Origin: Eledone cirrhosa
Taxonomy: Eukaryota
DNA length: 64,000 nucleotides
Direction: 5' to 3'
Assembly: GCA_964016885.1 (NCBI GenBank)
Contig: OZ024740.1
Span: 372,620,001 to 372,684,000, forward strand
The notes beneath the pieces are model-generated. The model ran no database searches, was not told where the DNA came from, and saw nothing but the letters and a program-made list of their open reading frames with translations. Each line of letters begins with the position of its first letter. Position 1 is the stretch's first letter. Made by a program: the position numbers and the translations under genes. Positions 29,780 through 48,111 of the stretch are shown one piece after another.

Positions 29780-30360
29780 GACGACTTGCGTTGGAGGAAG
29801 GAAGATTTAATTGAGAAGGGGTATTTTAGATGGGATGAGCAGGGTGGTAGTGGAAGTGGGGGAGAAGAAGGCGATAAAATGTATTCGTGGGTGTAGTCAT
29901 AGAAAATAGGAATTTAACCATAAACATTTAAATGGTTAGTAGAAGGCAGGTGGTGAATGTGGATGTGACTGTTTAGGTGTGGGTATGACAATGTGGTTGG
30001 GATTGGTGGATGGGGTTTACAGATGTATAAAACTATATCCCGCAATGTATACATATCGACCAGTTAAATTTCTATGGCCACAATTCCTATTTTCTATGGC
30101 TACACACGCGGCTACCCTTTTATCGCCTCCTTCTTCCTTCGCATGCACCACCGCCCTGCCCATCCTATCATAATCAACCCTTCTCAATTAAATCCTCCTT
30201 CCCATCCCAAGTCTTCCTTTTTTTATACTGTGTCTGCCACTATAACCTTAGTTCTTGTCTGATGACCCTGAGTAACAGGCAAAACTTCAGAGTAACAAGA
30301 TTCACTTTTAGCCTTAATATCATGACCATTAGAAATCTACTTCGGTATTGAGTACTCCTC
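29780..30360 (+). mobile_element. Older inverted pseudo-LTR element with HHR at 30253-30300
   Basis: Diverged inverted arms at 29790-29938 and 30060-30213. TCTTGT-CTGATGA-cCCTG agtaa CAGGc-aAAA-CTTCAGAG-TA-ACAAGA has a G12>A change consistent with CpG decay. Confidence 0.75.
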
Positions 30361-31386
30361 TCGCTCAATATATATATATATATGGATGTGGTTGATGGCT
30401 GCGCGAAAGGGTTACTCAATACTGAAAGGGTTAAGTAGCGTAGATGCATATTTTCTTTTCCGTATAGGATATTCCTGGTTATTTCAAACGCATGGAAATA
30501 CTCTAGACATTAATAGTGAAAATAAAATAGATTTCATTGTCACTGCGAAAGGGATGCAACAACATATGGGATATATTTAATACTGGCTGCTTCAATATGA
30601 CTGCGGGTAATTAATTTTCGATTAAGTGTTGGCTTGTAATGGTCATAGTTGTTTCTGTCGGTGATTCACAACTCTGTTTTAGCATTGATTCTAAAGTAAA
30701 AACAACTTGAAAATATGTATATAGTCATAATAAACCTACTTATATTTTGTTGCGCGGACGTGGCTTCATTATTGAGAGAGGTATGCTATAATTTTCTATT
30801 TTTTTAAAGTCGAAGGTGACTCCTGAAGGCAATAATTGATAGATATATGCATGTAAGTAGGTAACTAGTCACATCGTCATATGTACACAATCATATATAG
30901 AGATACATATAATTGCGCGAGCGTGTGTGTGCGTTTGAATGTATATATATTTATTTATATATATATTATACATACATATATATATATATTCATGTATATA
31001 TACAGTATATATATAAGTTAATGTGGGAGATGTAATCGGCTGATGCATCATTTTCATAATACATTGAGACACAGCCAACTATTTGCCAAAAGCCCCGAGG
31101 AAAAGTAAAATAGATTTTCTTTACTAGTAACTCAACATTATCATGAAGCCAATGGAAACCCAATTATCTGATGTAATATATAATTTGTAAATGATTTCTC
31201 TGTTACCCAATTCGCATACCACAGATGATCACAAATTATTGAAAATCGTACTTTCCAAATTACTCCGCACATACTTATACCCATGTTTGTATGTATAAAT
31301 GTATGCATGGATGCCTGTGTCCATGCGTGTGTGCGTATATAGATACGCGTGTGTTTGTATGCATGTATATATATGTATGAATACTA

Positions 31387-31438
<52 letters not shown>

Positions 31439-31477
31439 ATAATAATAAATTTGAAGACTAAATAATCTGTTATTTTA

Positions 31478-31533
<56 letters not shown>

Positions 31534-31879
31534 GTCCATACATTCATATACACACACATACACATACAGTATATGCATATTTGTGTGTATGTATGCATAT
31601 ATACATTAGTTATGCCTGACTGTTTATGCATTGGAAAAAAATATTCCCCAATGTGGAGACCTGCTCAAGGCTCTTTTAAAAGATGGCTAGCATTAGAGGA
31701 ACGCATGAGCCGATCAGACATGGTGTGACACATGAGGAATTATATATATGCTGGTACACACTAACGTAATTCAAAGAAAGTAATTGTATTTACTTTACGT
31801 ATAAATGTGTAATTGTATGTTTGTTGAATTAGCATTATGTGTATGGTTGACAATTACTAGTAAGCATATAACTCATGAA

Positions 31880-31973
31880 GGTACTTTTCCATGCTTATAG
31901 CAATTCATATATTTAAAATTAATATTTATATTAAATTGTAAATATATGAATTGCTGTAAGCATGGAAAAGTAC
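31880..31973. repeat. Isolated hairpin of about 95 bp (foldback or MITE-like)
   Basis: GTACTTTTCCATGCTTATAGCAATTCATATATTTA pairs with TAAATATATGAATTGCTGTAAGCATGGAAAAGTAC. Confidence 0.85.
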
Positions 31974-32085
31974 ATGCATGAATTACACACACACAAATAC
32001 ACAAACACACTCACACACACCCACCCACACCCATATATATATGTACATATATGTATACATATATAAATATACAAATATATATGTA

Positions 32086-32125
<40 letters not shown>

Positions 32126-32214
32126 TTTATCCCGGTTTCAATCGGGGGTAACCGCACTAACTGCTTCCTGATGATTTCTCCCGAATGAAACAGTTCTAGT
32201 CCTGAAGAAGCCCT

Positions 32215-32267
<53 letters not shown>

Positions 32268-32396
32268 TAAGTTATTTTGGAAAGCCAGGTTCATGATGAT
32301 TTCTCCCGAATGAAACAGTTCTAGTCCTGTAGAATCTCATCTCTCTCTATATATATATATGTGTACGTGTGTGTGTGTGTGTCTGTGTGTGTGTGT

Positions 32397-32451
<55 letters not shown>

Positions 32452-32456
32452 TGTGT

Positions 32457-32595
32457 GTAGATGAAACTCCCTATGAATATTGAAACTGTTCATCCGTTCT
32501 CAGTTCTCAATCACACTCGTGAATAATTGACGGACGTGTGATTGACTACTCAGTACAGATGTAGAGATTCAATATTTATATGGAGTTTCACCCAC
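32457..32595. repeat. Imperfect hairpin of about 140 bp (MITE-like)
   Basis: Outer arms TGAAACTCCCTATGAATATTGAA and TTCAATATTTATATGGAGTTTCA; inner arms TCAATCACAC and GTGTGATTGA. Confidence 0.75.
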
Positions 32596-33215
32596 ACTCT
32601 CACAAGATCAACAGCCAATTCTGTGTGTGCACAAGTGAAACTCCATAGTTACAAGGTTCACCGCTTAACTACAATAAATTAATATATATAATCACTGGAC
32701 ACATTTTACGGTCAAAACAAATCTGTAGGAGGCCTGGGAGCAGACCCCAAGCAAGATGGCTGAATAATATCCATGAGCATTAATTGTGGTATGCCGGTCT
32801 TACCACTACTGTGATAGTTGTGAAAGGATCATAACTTGTAAAAATTCAAAGCGAAAATCTTATGTTTATTATACAGAAACATGTTTCTGGTATGTTATAT
32901 TTAAGCAGACAGTACTTTGATTTAGGTGTCATAGAAACCCTGCATTGGATTTTAACAGCAATTCCAAGGGGTCCAGGTCTGGCTTTATCATTTATTTTTT
33001 ATCATTTATTTTGTTTTGACCTGTTTAGCTTGATTTGCTTTTTGGCTTAGGTGGTTGATGCTTTCTTGACCACTTTTTCAGTTTTGTATGGCTCCTTAAC
33101 ACATTGTTTAGGTCTAGTTTTTAACTATTGCGCACTTTGCTGTGTCATTTCTGATTTTTGCGTTTCGTTTCGACTTTCCTACCCGCCGAAATGCGATTCT
33201 CGCTGAATTTATATT

Positions 33216-33304
<89 letters not shown>

Positions 33305-33481
33305 TTATAATTGAATATAAAAGAAAAAGGAACACAGATATATACATATATGTGTTCAAATCGCAAGGGACCAGATTCGCTAAGGTGAAAAGAATAATAA
33401 CTATAGACAATAGGGTTTGCATGTCTCAGTTTAATAAAAAAAAATCAAGAAAATAAATACTGGAAGTTTGGTAACTACCAA

Positions 33482-33559
33482 TCACCCAGACAGCTCTTGG
33501 TGCTGTTTCGCAATATTAATTGTGAATAGAAATACCAACTTTTGCTCATCAGTGGGTGA
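33482..33559 (-). ncRNA. Type I hammerhead ribozyme, fully canonical, GUC site
   Basis: TCACCCA-CTGATGA-GCAA..TTGC-GAAA-CAGC accaaga GCTG-TC-TGGGTGA. All three stems and every core base are intact. Confidence 0.92.
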
Positions 33560-33694
33560 CACATTAGTATCCTAGACACTTCTAAGTATAGTAAGGACTG
33601 AATAGTGTGCTATATATAAAAAAGCACATGGTATCTTAGCGTGTATCACAAACTTACATATTTATATACCTTTGATATATATATATATATATAT

Positions 33695-35728
33695 TAATAA
33701 AAGCAATTCCAACTTTGTTGTCTGATTTACTCGTTTTATTTACAATCCTTTCAAATTATAATGATATTATAATGAATTATTATGGTAGAATATTAAATAT
33801 TAAGTCTTAATTGAACAGGTACTTTCATTCTTTCGCAATCTTCAGGGTCATATTCAGTGGTGACAATCAAGTTTGCAATTTTCAACTGTAATGAGATGGG
33901 TAAAATCTGTGCCTTATATACAGTAAAAAGGGGCTAAAGAATGCTATGTTTTGCAAACTGTATTTAGACCAATCGGTGTATAGTTTAATTAGATAACTAA
34001 AGCTGATTGGTTTAGGTGTCACGGTTGGCTGAGCATGTCTAACGTCTTCTATTTGACCCTATCCAAAGCACCAATTGTTTTGCTATTTTTAGAAATGAAG
34101 AAAATAGCATTTTCTACGGTTTTTATAAAAAATGTTCAGTAATCATCAACATCAACATCACTTTTATTATTATTATTGTTGTTGTTGTTGTTAGTGGTGG
34201 TAGTCGACATGGTCGTAGGCGTAGTCTTAGTAGAAGTAATACCTCTAAGTATTATTATAGTTCATTTATTTATCTTGGGTTGGAATTTATCAATAAAATT
34301 ATTTTCTTTAATTGTTCTCTTGATTTCACTTGGGCTGTGTAAGTTGTAGAATGGAAATAGTATAACTATTTTCTGACCACATGTTGCTAGATGGTTACTC
34401 CGGGGTATCTGACGGATATATGTGTCTCTGACTTGCTGTCGGTGCACCTGTGCACGTTTCGATAGTGCATCTCCAGTTTGACCGACATATAGTTCTTCAC
34501 AATTCGGGCATTTAATGCAGTAAATTAGATTTCTGCTTTTGCAGTTTCTATTTGCATTTGGGAATATTTTTCCAGTTTTTGTGTTCATATATTGACCAGT
34601 ATGTATGAACTGATATGTGTCACATCGACTATCATTGCATTTAGATATAGTGAATGATTGGTCCTTGTTGTTAAGGTCAAACTTTGCCTTTGTTAGTAAT
34701 TGCTTCAAATTTTTCGGCTGTATTTTACTAAGAGTCAAAGATCGGTCTGTGATTAAACCTTTTAATTCATTACTTTGAGCAATGATCGGTAGATTTGCTC
34801 TGGCAGTGTTGAAGATATTCTGGTGACATGGGTTGTGTGTCATTATAAATGGTATAACCAGTTCTTGGTTTCTTCTTCCTTGGGCTGTCCTAAGTTGTTG
34901 TATGTGTATTTTTATAGCCCGCTCTATGCCATTTTCTATAAGTAGAGATGGGTACTTTTATTTGAGCAAAAATTCTCTCAGTTCTGGTAGGCGTTTGTTC
35001 CTGGTATTCGTATCTTCTACAATGGTACACATTCTTCGGGCTAGGCAGTATGGGATGGTGTGTTTTGTATGTGGTGGATGGCACGATTTAAATTCAGATA
35101 TTGATTGGTGTCTGTGTGTTTATAGTATATATCCGTGGTAATGGTGGTGTCGTTTTTTATTACCATTATATCTAGGAATGGTAATTTGGTACTACTCATC
35201 TGTTTTGTAAATTGGAGAGATGGGTGTTGGTTATTCAGTAGGACATTGAACTCATCCAGAGTATCTAGAGAATCTGTCCAGATGATGAAACAGTCGTTAA
35301 GGTATCTCTTCCAAGACATTTCAATGTACTTTCTAGATTCAGTGCTATATGTTTCCTCTATTTCTTGGTAGAGTTGTGGCTCTAAGTATCCCATTACAGA
35401 GTTCGCGTAAACGGGGGCAAACTTCGTTGCCATCGCTGTGCCTCTAATTTGGATGTAATTACTTCCATTGAAGAAGAATGTGTTGTTTTCCAGAATAAGT
35501 CTGACTGCGTCTAATATAAATGGCGCTGTGAATCTGGTGGGAATCACTTCTCTATGTTTTTACACCCAGTATTTAACCACCTTTATTTTGTTTCCGTGGT
35601 TTTGGGACGATGGAACAGGAAATCGATATCATCCCGGATGAAACTGGGTATGTGAATACATAGTGGTTTCAAAATAATGTCAACAAAATTGCTTAGACGG
35701 TGGGTAGGGCATGTTGGATCAGCTTTCA
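33695..35728 (-). mobile_element. Decayed 5'-truncated Penelope-like element (Neptune-like)
   Basis: RT motifs CPTHRLSNFVDIILKP, QIRGTAMATKFAPVYAN, WKRYLNDCF and LPFLDI. GIY-YIG NLIYCIKCPNCEELYVGQT is preceded by a Cys-containing linker. A degenerate HHR (CTGAAGA..GAAA-GTAC) lies at 33812-33850. Confidence 0.93.
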
Positions 35729-35736
35729 CTTTCTTT

Positions 35737-35840
<104 letters not shown>

Positions 35841-35871
35841 TCTCTCTCTCTCTCTATCTATCTCTCTCTCT

Positions 35872-35955
<84 letters not shown>

Positions 35956-36016
35956 ATATATATATATATATAGTTTAGCGAGATTTTTGATATAAAATCG
36001 TGTGTCGAAACAAATA

Positions 36017-39666
<3,650 letters not shown>

Positions 39667-40612
39667 AAGTGAAAGAGAGAGAATGAGAGAGAGAAAGACA
39701 GGGTAAATAGATAGAAAACCGAGTAAAATCGGGAACTAGAGGAGGAGAGGAAAATGAAAGAGAGAGAGAGAGTGAAAACAGGATGATTTTAGAGCATCTT
39801 AAAATGTTTCTAAATGCTCCGTCTTCCTCATAGTATATAATGATGTTTTTCTCTGAAACAATATTGGAAAGTTATAATAGAAACATATCATCTTTAACAA
39901 CGAACATAACTAAGCGGATAATTAGGAAAATAACCATGATCAAGATGAAGTTGCAGACAATAAAGCCAATGATAATTATAATGGGGAGGTGGAAGAGGAA
40001 GTAGAAGCGGAGTAAGAGATGGATGTAAGAGCCGAAAACCTCCACAACATATTCTATACCACCATTTTGTTTTTCGTATTGCTAATGTGGTGAGCAAATC
40101 TCTCTTATTCTGGAATATGTCGCCTGTTGATATAATAAGGGCTTATGAACCATGTTATATTTTATGCAGGTTTACCTAAATATCTCCTGGTGGTATGGGG
40201 CAGTGCTATCCTCAGAAAACATATTTAGTTCTGCATATAACATAAATATAATATTATATTTCCTGTTAAGTATACATACAAAGTACACCTTTCTCCCTTT
40301 AAGTGATTTTCTGGAGTCTACGATGTGGTACACACAGGCTCTGTACACTGATTATATACCGTTGCTTCACTCTCACTGTCTAATATAAACACTACCAGAT
40401 TTACAGTTAAAATGAAACATGCCCGTTGTAGTTGATATCTTTCTAGCGTTGGCGTCCTTGTTATGGGTCTGTTTATATAGCCAGTCGAGTAACCAAATAA
40501 TTTGTAATAGGAATGCCACTGCAAAAACTTTACGCAAACTTTGCTGAAGTTTTCCTTTCGCAAACCACCTCTACTCACATCATCATCATACAGAATGGTC
40601 TCGTCAATTCCG

Positions 40613-40650
<38 letters not shown>

Positions 40651-42337
40651 CTTTGCTAAACTACCGGGAGATGCGGACACTACTCGAAAATATAGTATTT
40701 ATGGAGTTCATGTAGAAGAGTAAACGATCCATTTATTAATTTTAGACACACTATATCAAAAACCAAATAAACCAGTATATACTTTCTAAGTTTTAGTATT
40801 GTAGTGTGTGACATGAGATATACATTTTAATTGGTCTCTCGTTCATCATTTAGACGAAGGACGCCTAATTACATAGGAAATTCTATAACAAGAAGAGTAT
40901 TTCTAGATAGTATACAGATTGCTACAGATAAATAGGGGGCAGCGTTGTGTGGTATATGTGTATTTTCAATGGATTTATCTTTAGAAGGACCTTATTAGTT
41001 AGCAATTCTTTTGCTTCTTTTAATGACGAAAACAAATTAGTAATTGATATTAGTCAATGAAAAGAGACGTGAAGAAGTATAGTGAAAAGAAAGAGAAAAA
41101 GAAAATAATTAAAACATTCTTTGTATGTTGATGTATATTTTCTCTTGATTAGATTTCCTTCTCTTTATAGTATTTACTCGATAATAAAGCAAATGTTGAA
41201 AGTTAGTGTTTAATGAAATCAGGTTTTGATTAGGAGGGAGACTGCGGCATGATACTCCTTACTTTATAATTGAATTAAAACCTTTGATCCTATTGAAATT
41301 ATAGACAGGAATACAGACAATCTGTCTATCTCAAAGGCATTGTTCTCACTAGATATCAAATGAACTCTCTTTAAACGGTCTTCAAAGTTTCAATTCTGAA
41401 TCTCTTTTTGACGCTGCATACTGTAGAAGGTTACAAATATATCTAGAAGAAATTATTAGACTGATAGATAAGATTCAACATCAGTAATGTAATGTATGTG
41501 GATAGACATGTGGTCATATCACTCTCACTATATTATGCAATCTAATATAGATGTTACATGATGAAAATGAAATTAAATGAGTGAACTTAGAATGAAGCAG
41601 TGAATCAGATGACACAAAAATCTATATCTACAGTTACATAAGAAAACATTGAAAACAATTAAAGAATAGGCCACTGGGGGAGTATTAGAAACTACATAAA
41701 CTAAGTTGTATCTAACACAAAAGTCTTACAGAATAGCCACGACTTCACTACAATCTCGATATGTTTAAAAGAGCTCTCAATTTCTCTTGCTATCTACCCT
41801 TTCCACTTTCTATCGACCTCCTTCCTCTCACTCTCTCCTCTTTCTGTGTTTATTCATATTCCACTACTACAATAGGGTAGAGTATATCAGCGTATAACTA
41901 AACTCAACTCTAAATCATTTGCCGTTATTTTAAAATTGAATATTCTCTGTTATTATTATTTAATTTATCATCTCTTATCTTATATCCAAACCCACTGGGT
42001 GTAATATTTGGCGTTCAGTAATAATCAATTATATAACATATTTTCTCCATTAATCTGAAATATCTATCCTTACTATCAAAATATAACACCCGGGTTCTCC
42101 TGAATGTCAGGAATTTATTTTTCACGCTCAAGCCAAAAGAGTCACTACGCGATGGAAAATAACCTACAGGTCAACAATTGCTGACAACACGATCGACATC
42201 GTGTCATGTGGGCACTGCTCACATCTTTCACCTCCCTTTTTACATTCCCTTCTTTCATAAATGAAATGTCTCCCTTCTTGTTTATATATATATATATATA
42301 TCATGGAGATTTGTTCATAAATCAATGAAAGCAGGTT

Positions 42338-42432
42338 GTTGACTTTGCCTTTCATCCTTACGGGGTCGATAAAATAAAGTACCAGTAATGCACTGGTAAT
42401 TGCTGGCCTTGTGCCTAAAGTAGAAACAATTA
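42338..42432 (+). mobile_element. 5'-truncated SINE family A inserted into another repeat
   Basis: The SINE 3' half interrupts a repeat whose uninterrupted inverted copy lies at 45617-45900. Confidence 0.88.
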
Positions 42433-43450
42433 TTGTATTAGCTAGAGTGTGACTGTGAGATTGTAATGTATGGTAAAGATAGGTTTTATATGTATAACTG
42501 TGTAGATTGTATATGGTGCTTCGTGTAACCATGAAAAGAGAAAAACATATTTAAGTTGAAAAAGTTGATGTTGAGGTATTCATTAGTACATATATACTTT
42601 AGCAGTTAATGAGATTTTCGTCAAAGCTGTTTAGAGCTTTGTGACTGACAAATTTCGAGTCGAGTGCAATCATATTTCGTATGTAATATGGAATTATTTT
42701 CTATTATGAAATCAAAAAATATTTTATTAAATAACAGAATAGAGCGATCGTTATACTGTAACCATCGCTTGAAATCTACATTTTCATATTACAAACACTA
42801 CCAGGATTGAACGCCTGTCTCCATCTCCGTTTGATTGTCAAAATACATATTAACATTCTCTATTAGTCTAAATTCTATCAACTCTTCTATTCTTTACCAT
42901 TTAACATAAACTGCTATAGATAAAATGAGATTTCTTAATTCAATTCCCTAATGCATATACCAGCAGGCTACCAACATTGTTGTTATTCAGTAGCAGTGAA
43001 AACCTTCCTCTTCCTTAATTGACACTTTATATCTATTAATACTACTACACCAAACGACCAGCCCTGTCCATTGTTCAATTGGTCAAGTATAGATTAAAAT
43101 AGACACTCCCAAAAATTATTATTTAGATAAAATAAACCATATACTCATTGTATTCTCATTAGAAACCATTTATATACTTGTTTACCAGTAAATTGAATTG
43201 CCATCTGTCATATACTATCCCCTCTCTTCTTCCTTTCTTACAACTAATATAAATACTTCAATTTTTCTGATTTTTTCAAGTTTATCCAATATCTCTGAAG
43301 AAGTGACAACTGATTATACATTTGCTATCGAATACTTGCTAACAGTATATGATTACGCAAGTTGCGATACATAGGTATTCCGTCTGATAAAGAAACATAT
43401 GTCAATACCTAATAAATTCCTTTATAAAAGCACTTTCATTTTATATTCAT

Positions 43451-44170
<720 letters not shown>

Positions 44171-44174
44171 ATAT

Positions 44175-44207
<33 letters not shown>

Positions 44208-44553
44208 AAAATATAGAAATTCAAACACTCATATATGAAAAAACAACCTGTGACAACCCCCCCCCCTCTCTTATTTGAAGAACTATTGTAACGCGAACTG
44301 GCGCGAAATTTATTATAATTATTGACAAACCAATCAAATTACTTCTCGAAAAACCTGGCTTTCGAGCCACTTTTTCCATATAAAACAAGTAACATTCAGA
44401 GACCAACCAGATGTGAGAAAAACCACAGACCCTCCATCTCAACTCACCTTTTGAAAAGCAGAAGAACTGCGAAACCGGTAAAGAAACCAAATAAATATAT
44501 ATATTTAACAAAAAAATAAGACTTCAGTTGCATTTTCGATTTCATCTCTTTTT

Positions 44554-44658
<105 letters not shown>

Positions 44659-45274
44659 CGTGTGTGTATATACATATATATATACATATCTATCTGTTAG
44701 ACACGCAGTGACTAATAACATAATGTTTTAAGTCTGCTTGTCTGTGTGATGTGTGTGATTGTTTTTGACCTACATGCGTAGCTTGTGAATACAACTTTCA
44801 AGGGGTATCGCTGGCCGTGGTGATGCCTCCCAAACATCTTCTGTAATGTATCCTCTTATTGGCTAATTTCATCGTCTTATTGGGTAATCAACGAACGAGA
44901 GTAATTGTTGCTCAAAAGTATCCGCCACTGTGTTTCCACGTTTATTTATCGTTTCGCTTTCGAATCTTCCTCCAGTATTTCGTCGTTTTATCATCAAAAT
45001 ATTTTTTCTCGTTTTGGTAAGTCATATTGTTAATTTATATATGATTTTTTAAATTTATATTAACTATTCTGAAAATATTTTTATACATCTTACAATAATA
45101 TTTATAAGATCATTCAGAAAATAACAATTATATAATCTAATTACATTACAACGATAATTTATTATTAATATATATCATGTTTAACTAGAGTTATTACAAA
45201 CGTTGCCTTAAAAAAATATTAAACTAGACCTGAAAAATGCGCAAGCTCAAAAGAGCCATATAATGTTATAATAA

Positions 45275-45900
45275 ACCTTCAAAAGTGTGGGACTAGAGTT
45301 GTTGCTCAACAATATTGTAATCATTATCTATCGTACACTCTGTGGCATCCTTTTATAAAAAAGAGATTCATAACGGACTTAAGACGGTTTGATAATTATT
45401 TAAGTGAATTTATAATATAGAATTCGGTTTAAGTGCATTTCGTATTAATCATTACTAATCATCTAATATGAGATATTGAACATTAGCTTAAATAATTATG
45501 GTGTCGTCTTGAGTTCGTTATGAATCTCTTTTTTATAAAAGGATGCCACAGAGTGTACGATAGATAATGATTACAATATTTTTGGGCAACAACTCTAGTC
45601 CCACACTTTTGGAGGTATGATTGCAGTCGAAATTTGTCAGTCACAAAGCCTTAAACAGCTTTGACGAAAATCTCATTAACTGCTAAAGTATATATGTACT
45701 AATAAATACCTCAACTCCCAACATCAACTTTTTCACCTTAAATATTTATTTCTCTTTTCATGGTTACACCAAGCACCATATATAGTCTACACAGTTATAC
45801 ATATAAAACCTATCTTTACAATACATTACAATCTCACAGTCACTCACTAGCTAATACAATAATAACCTGCTTTCATTGAATTATGAACAAATCTCCATCA
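45275..45900. mobile_element. Foldback element with tail; the tail has an inverted copy at 42303-42675
   Basis: Arms 45277-45405 and 45487-45616 are inverted repeats. 45617-45900 matches the reverse complement of 42303-42675 once the inserted SINE is removed. Confidence 0.8.
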
Positions 45901-45921
45901 TATAGATACATATATATATAT

Positions 45922-46595
45922 ATATTAAGATAAGCAGAACAAGTAAAATTCAATCAATTTTTCAAAATACATTAAAAAATATAATATAAATTTGCTTATC
46001 TTAATATTAAAGTTCTGGTGTATCAAATTAACACCATTGAACAACCCTGAATCATAGACAACCTATGTATTTCTAGGGGTACCTAGTATCCCTGGACATA
46101 TTAACTTATACCTTTTTCTCCGTCCGTTGAGAACAAATCTGTTGCTTTACTAGGCTGCTATTTCTTTAGTAGTAATTGTAGACAGCAAGTCTTTGATTTT
46201 CCCGCTTTTACTTCGGTCCAGTTTACATACGGGTCACTTTTACGACCTTTCAGACCTTTATTAGCTGGCAGGAGGTTGTATATTTTGTCGTTCCTGGGAC
46301 GTTTAGCCCTAGGATGGGAAAATGCTTCTCTGATGAGCTTTGGTTTTCCATCATGAATCCATCGGATTTATGAGGTTTTACAAAGCGAAACTGATCAGTA
46401 AGGGCCACTAGAAGAGGTAAATATTTATATTATATTTTTTAATGTATTTTGAAAAATTGATTGAATTTTACTTGTTCTGCTTATCTTAATATTAAAGTTC
46501 TGGTGTATCAAATTAACACCATTGAACAACCCTGAATCATAGACAACCTATGTATTTCTAGGGGTACCTAGTATCCCTGGACATATTAACTTATA
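45922..46595 (+). mobile_element. Non-autonomous retrozyme-like element, 485-bp permuted unit plus 5' inverted segment
   Basis: 45993-46110 repeats at 46478-46595 (offset 485). 45922-45990 is the inverse of 46424-46492. One HHR, no ORF, (TA)n flanks. Confidence 0.88.
46324..46406 (+). ncRNA. Type I hammerhead ribozyme, canonical core, GUA site
   Basis: CTGATGA-GCTTTG..TCATGAATCC atc GGATTTATGA..CAAAGC-GAAA-CTGATCAG-TA. Stem III is palindromic; stem I is short with G-U pairs. Confidence 0.85.
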
Positions 46596-46674
46596 TATAT
46601 ATATATATATATATAGAAATGGTTGCATTCTTTAAGGGTATGTCAATATTTATTTATAAAACTGATCTATATTC

Positions 46675-46739
46675 TATTTTATCTGATGAAAGCGCACCAT
46701 AATTTGACTTGGTATCCTTGAAATATGTATAATGAAATA
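46675..46739 (+). ncRNA. Type I hammerhead ribozyme, canonical core
   Basis: TATTTTAT-CTGATGA-AAG..ACCA..TGGT..CTT-GAAA-TATGTA-TA-ATGAAATA in an insertion of about 170 bp between (TA)n tracts. Confidence 0.72.
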
Positions 46740-46995
46740 AATATGGTTTTATAAATATAGTTTCCATTTGTTAATATATCGTATATATATATATATATAC
46801 GATAGATAATGATTACAATATTTTTGGGCAACAACTCTAGTCCCACACTTTTGGAGGTATGATTGCAGTCGAAATTTGTCAGTCACAAAGCCTTAAATAT
46901 ATATATTGAATATTAGTTATGTTTATGTGTTTAGCAAGCCACTACAATTCAGATGGGAAACCAGCCTGGGGGAGTCACGGAGAGGTGAAGTTGAG

Positions 46996-47102
<107 letters not shown>

Positions 47103-47377
47103 GGTGAGTGGGAGAGAGGTAGGAATGTAAAAAACAAGACATCTATTGTATCGTTATTGAATATATATTTTTTGAGATTGAAAATAAATTGTTTGCATTT
47201 TATGAATGTAGCGTATGTAAAAGTACATTTTCTTCCATCATTTTTCCATTCGTATTTGTATCTCAATATTTTCCATTTATTTTCATTCCTAATTACTACC
47301 GCTTGCTTTCCTTATTTATGTCTATACTTTTCAATTCCTTTCTTTGTAAACTCATCGCGTATATATAAGTGTATATT

Positions 47378-47822
47378 CGTAAAGATCCGCCTTTTCGTTT
47401 CTGTAGTGGAGTCTGTGCTGCTGTACGTGTCTGAGACTTGGACACTGACCAAGAAAGTCACCCAGATGGTGGATGGGTGCTACACGAGAATCCTGAGGAT
47501 GGCTCTGAACATTAATCAGTATACACTGGGGATGAAGAACTCTGAGCTGTACGGGAGCCTCCGAAAATGTCAGCTCGAGAGTAGCACAGATGAGACTGAG
47601 GTTAGCTGGACATGCTCACCGACATCCAGAGTTGACACTGCACTCAGTGCTACTGTGGGAGCCCCTTCATGGACACACTTGAAGAGGAAGACCAAGGTTG
47701 ACATATGTTGATGCTCCAAGGACAGACATTGGTCTCTTGGAGACACAGGACATGGCAGCCATGATGAGGGACAGAGACCGCTAGAGAGGACTCGTCCATG
47801 GATCTCGGGAATTTTACCCGCA
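47378..47822 (+). mobile_element. 3' fragment of an RTE-like non-LTR retrotransposon
   Basis: KIRLFVSVVESVLLYVSETWTLTK..VDGCYTRILRMALNI, then after a frameshift RLRLAGHAHRHPE..LLWEP.HG..RGRPRLTYVD, a typical RTE-type C-terminus. Confidence 0.85.
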
Positions 47823-47834
47823 CTATATATATAT

Positions 47835-48050
47835 ATAGTGGTAGAACACTAGGAGGTAATATCCGTAGTGGTAGAGCAGTCAGTCCCTTGGACGTGTTAA
47901 GTAGAAGTGGTTACACAACACCGAGTTCACCATACCTTGAACAATTGTTTCACCTTAGCGGATCCTCGGCGGGTAATGGATATGGTTATACGGAATAGCT
48001 AAGATGAAACAATTGTTCTCGGTATGGTGAACTAACTGTTGTGTAACCAC

Positions 48051-48055
<5 letters not shown>
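47835..48055. mobile_element. Short inverted PLE-end insertion with HHR remnants
   Basis: 47901-47957 is inverted relative to 47998-48055. Both arms carry GAAA-CAATTG-TT, a palindromic stem III. Confidence 0.72.

Positions 48056-48111
<56 letters not shown>

Noticed and set aside
43292-43385. CTGAAGA..GATAC hammerhead-like remnant
   Set aside because: GAAA is absent and the stems are too degenerate to support.
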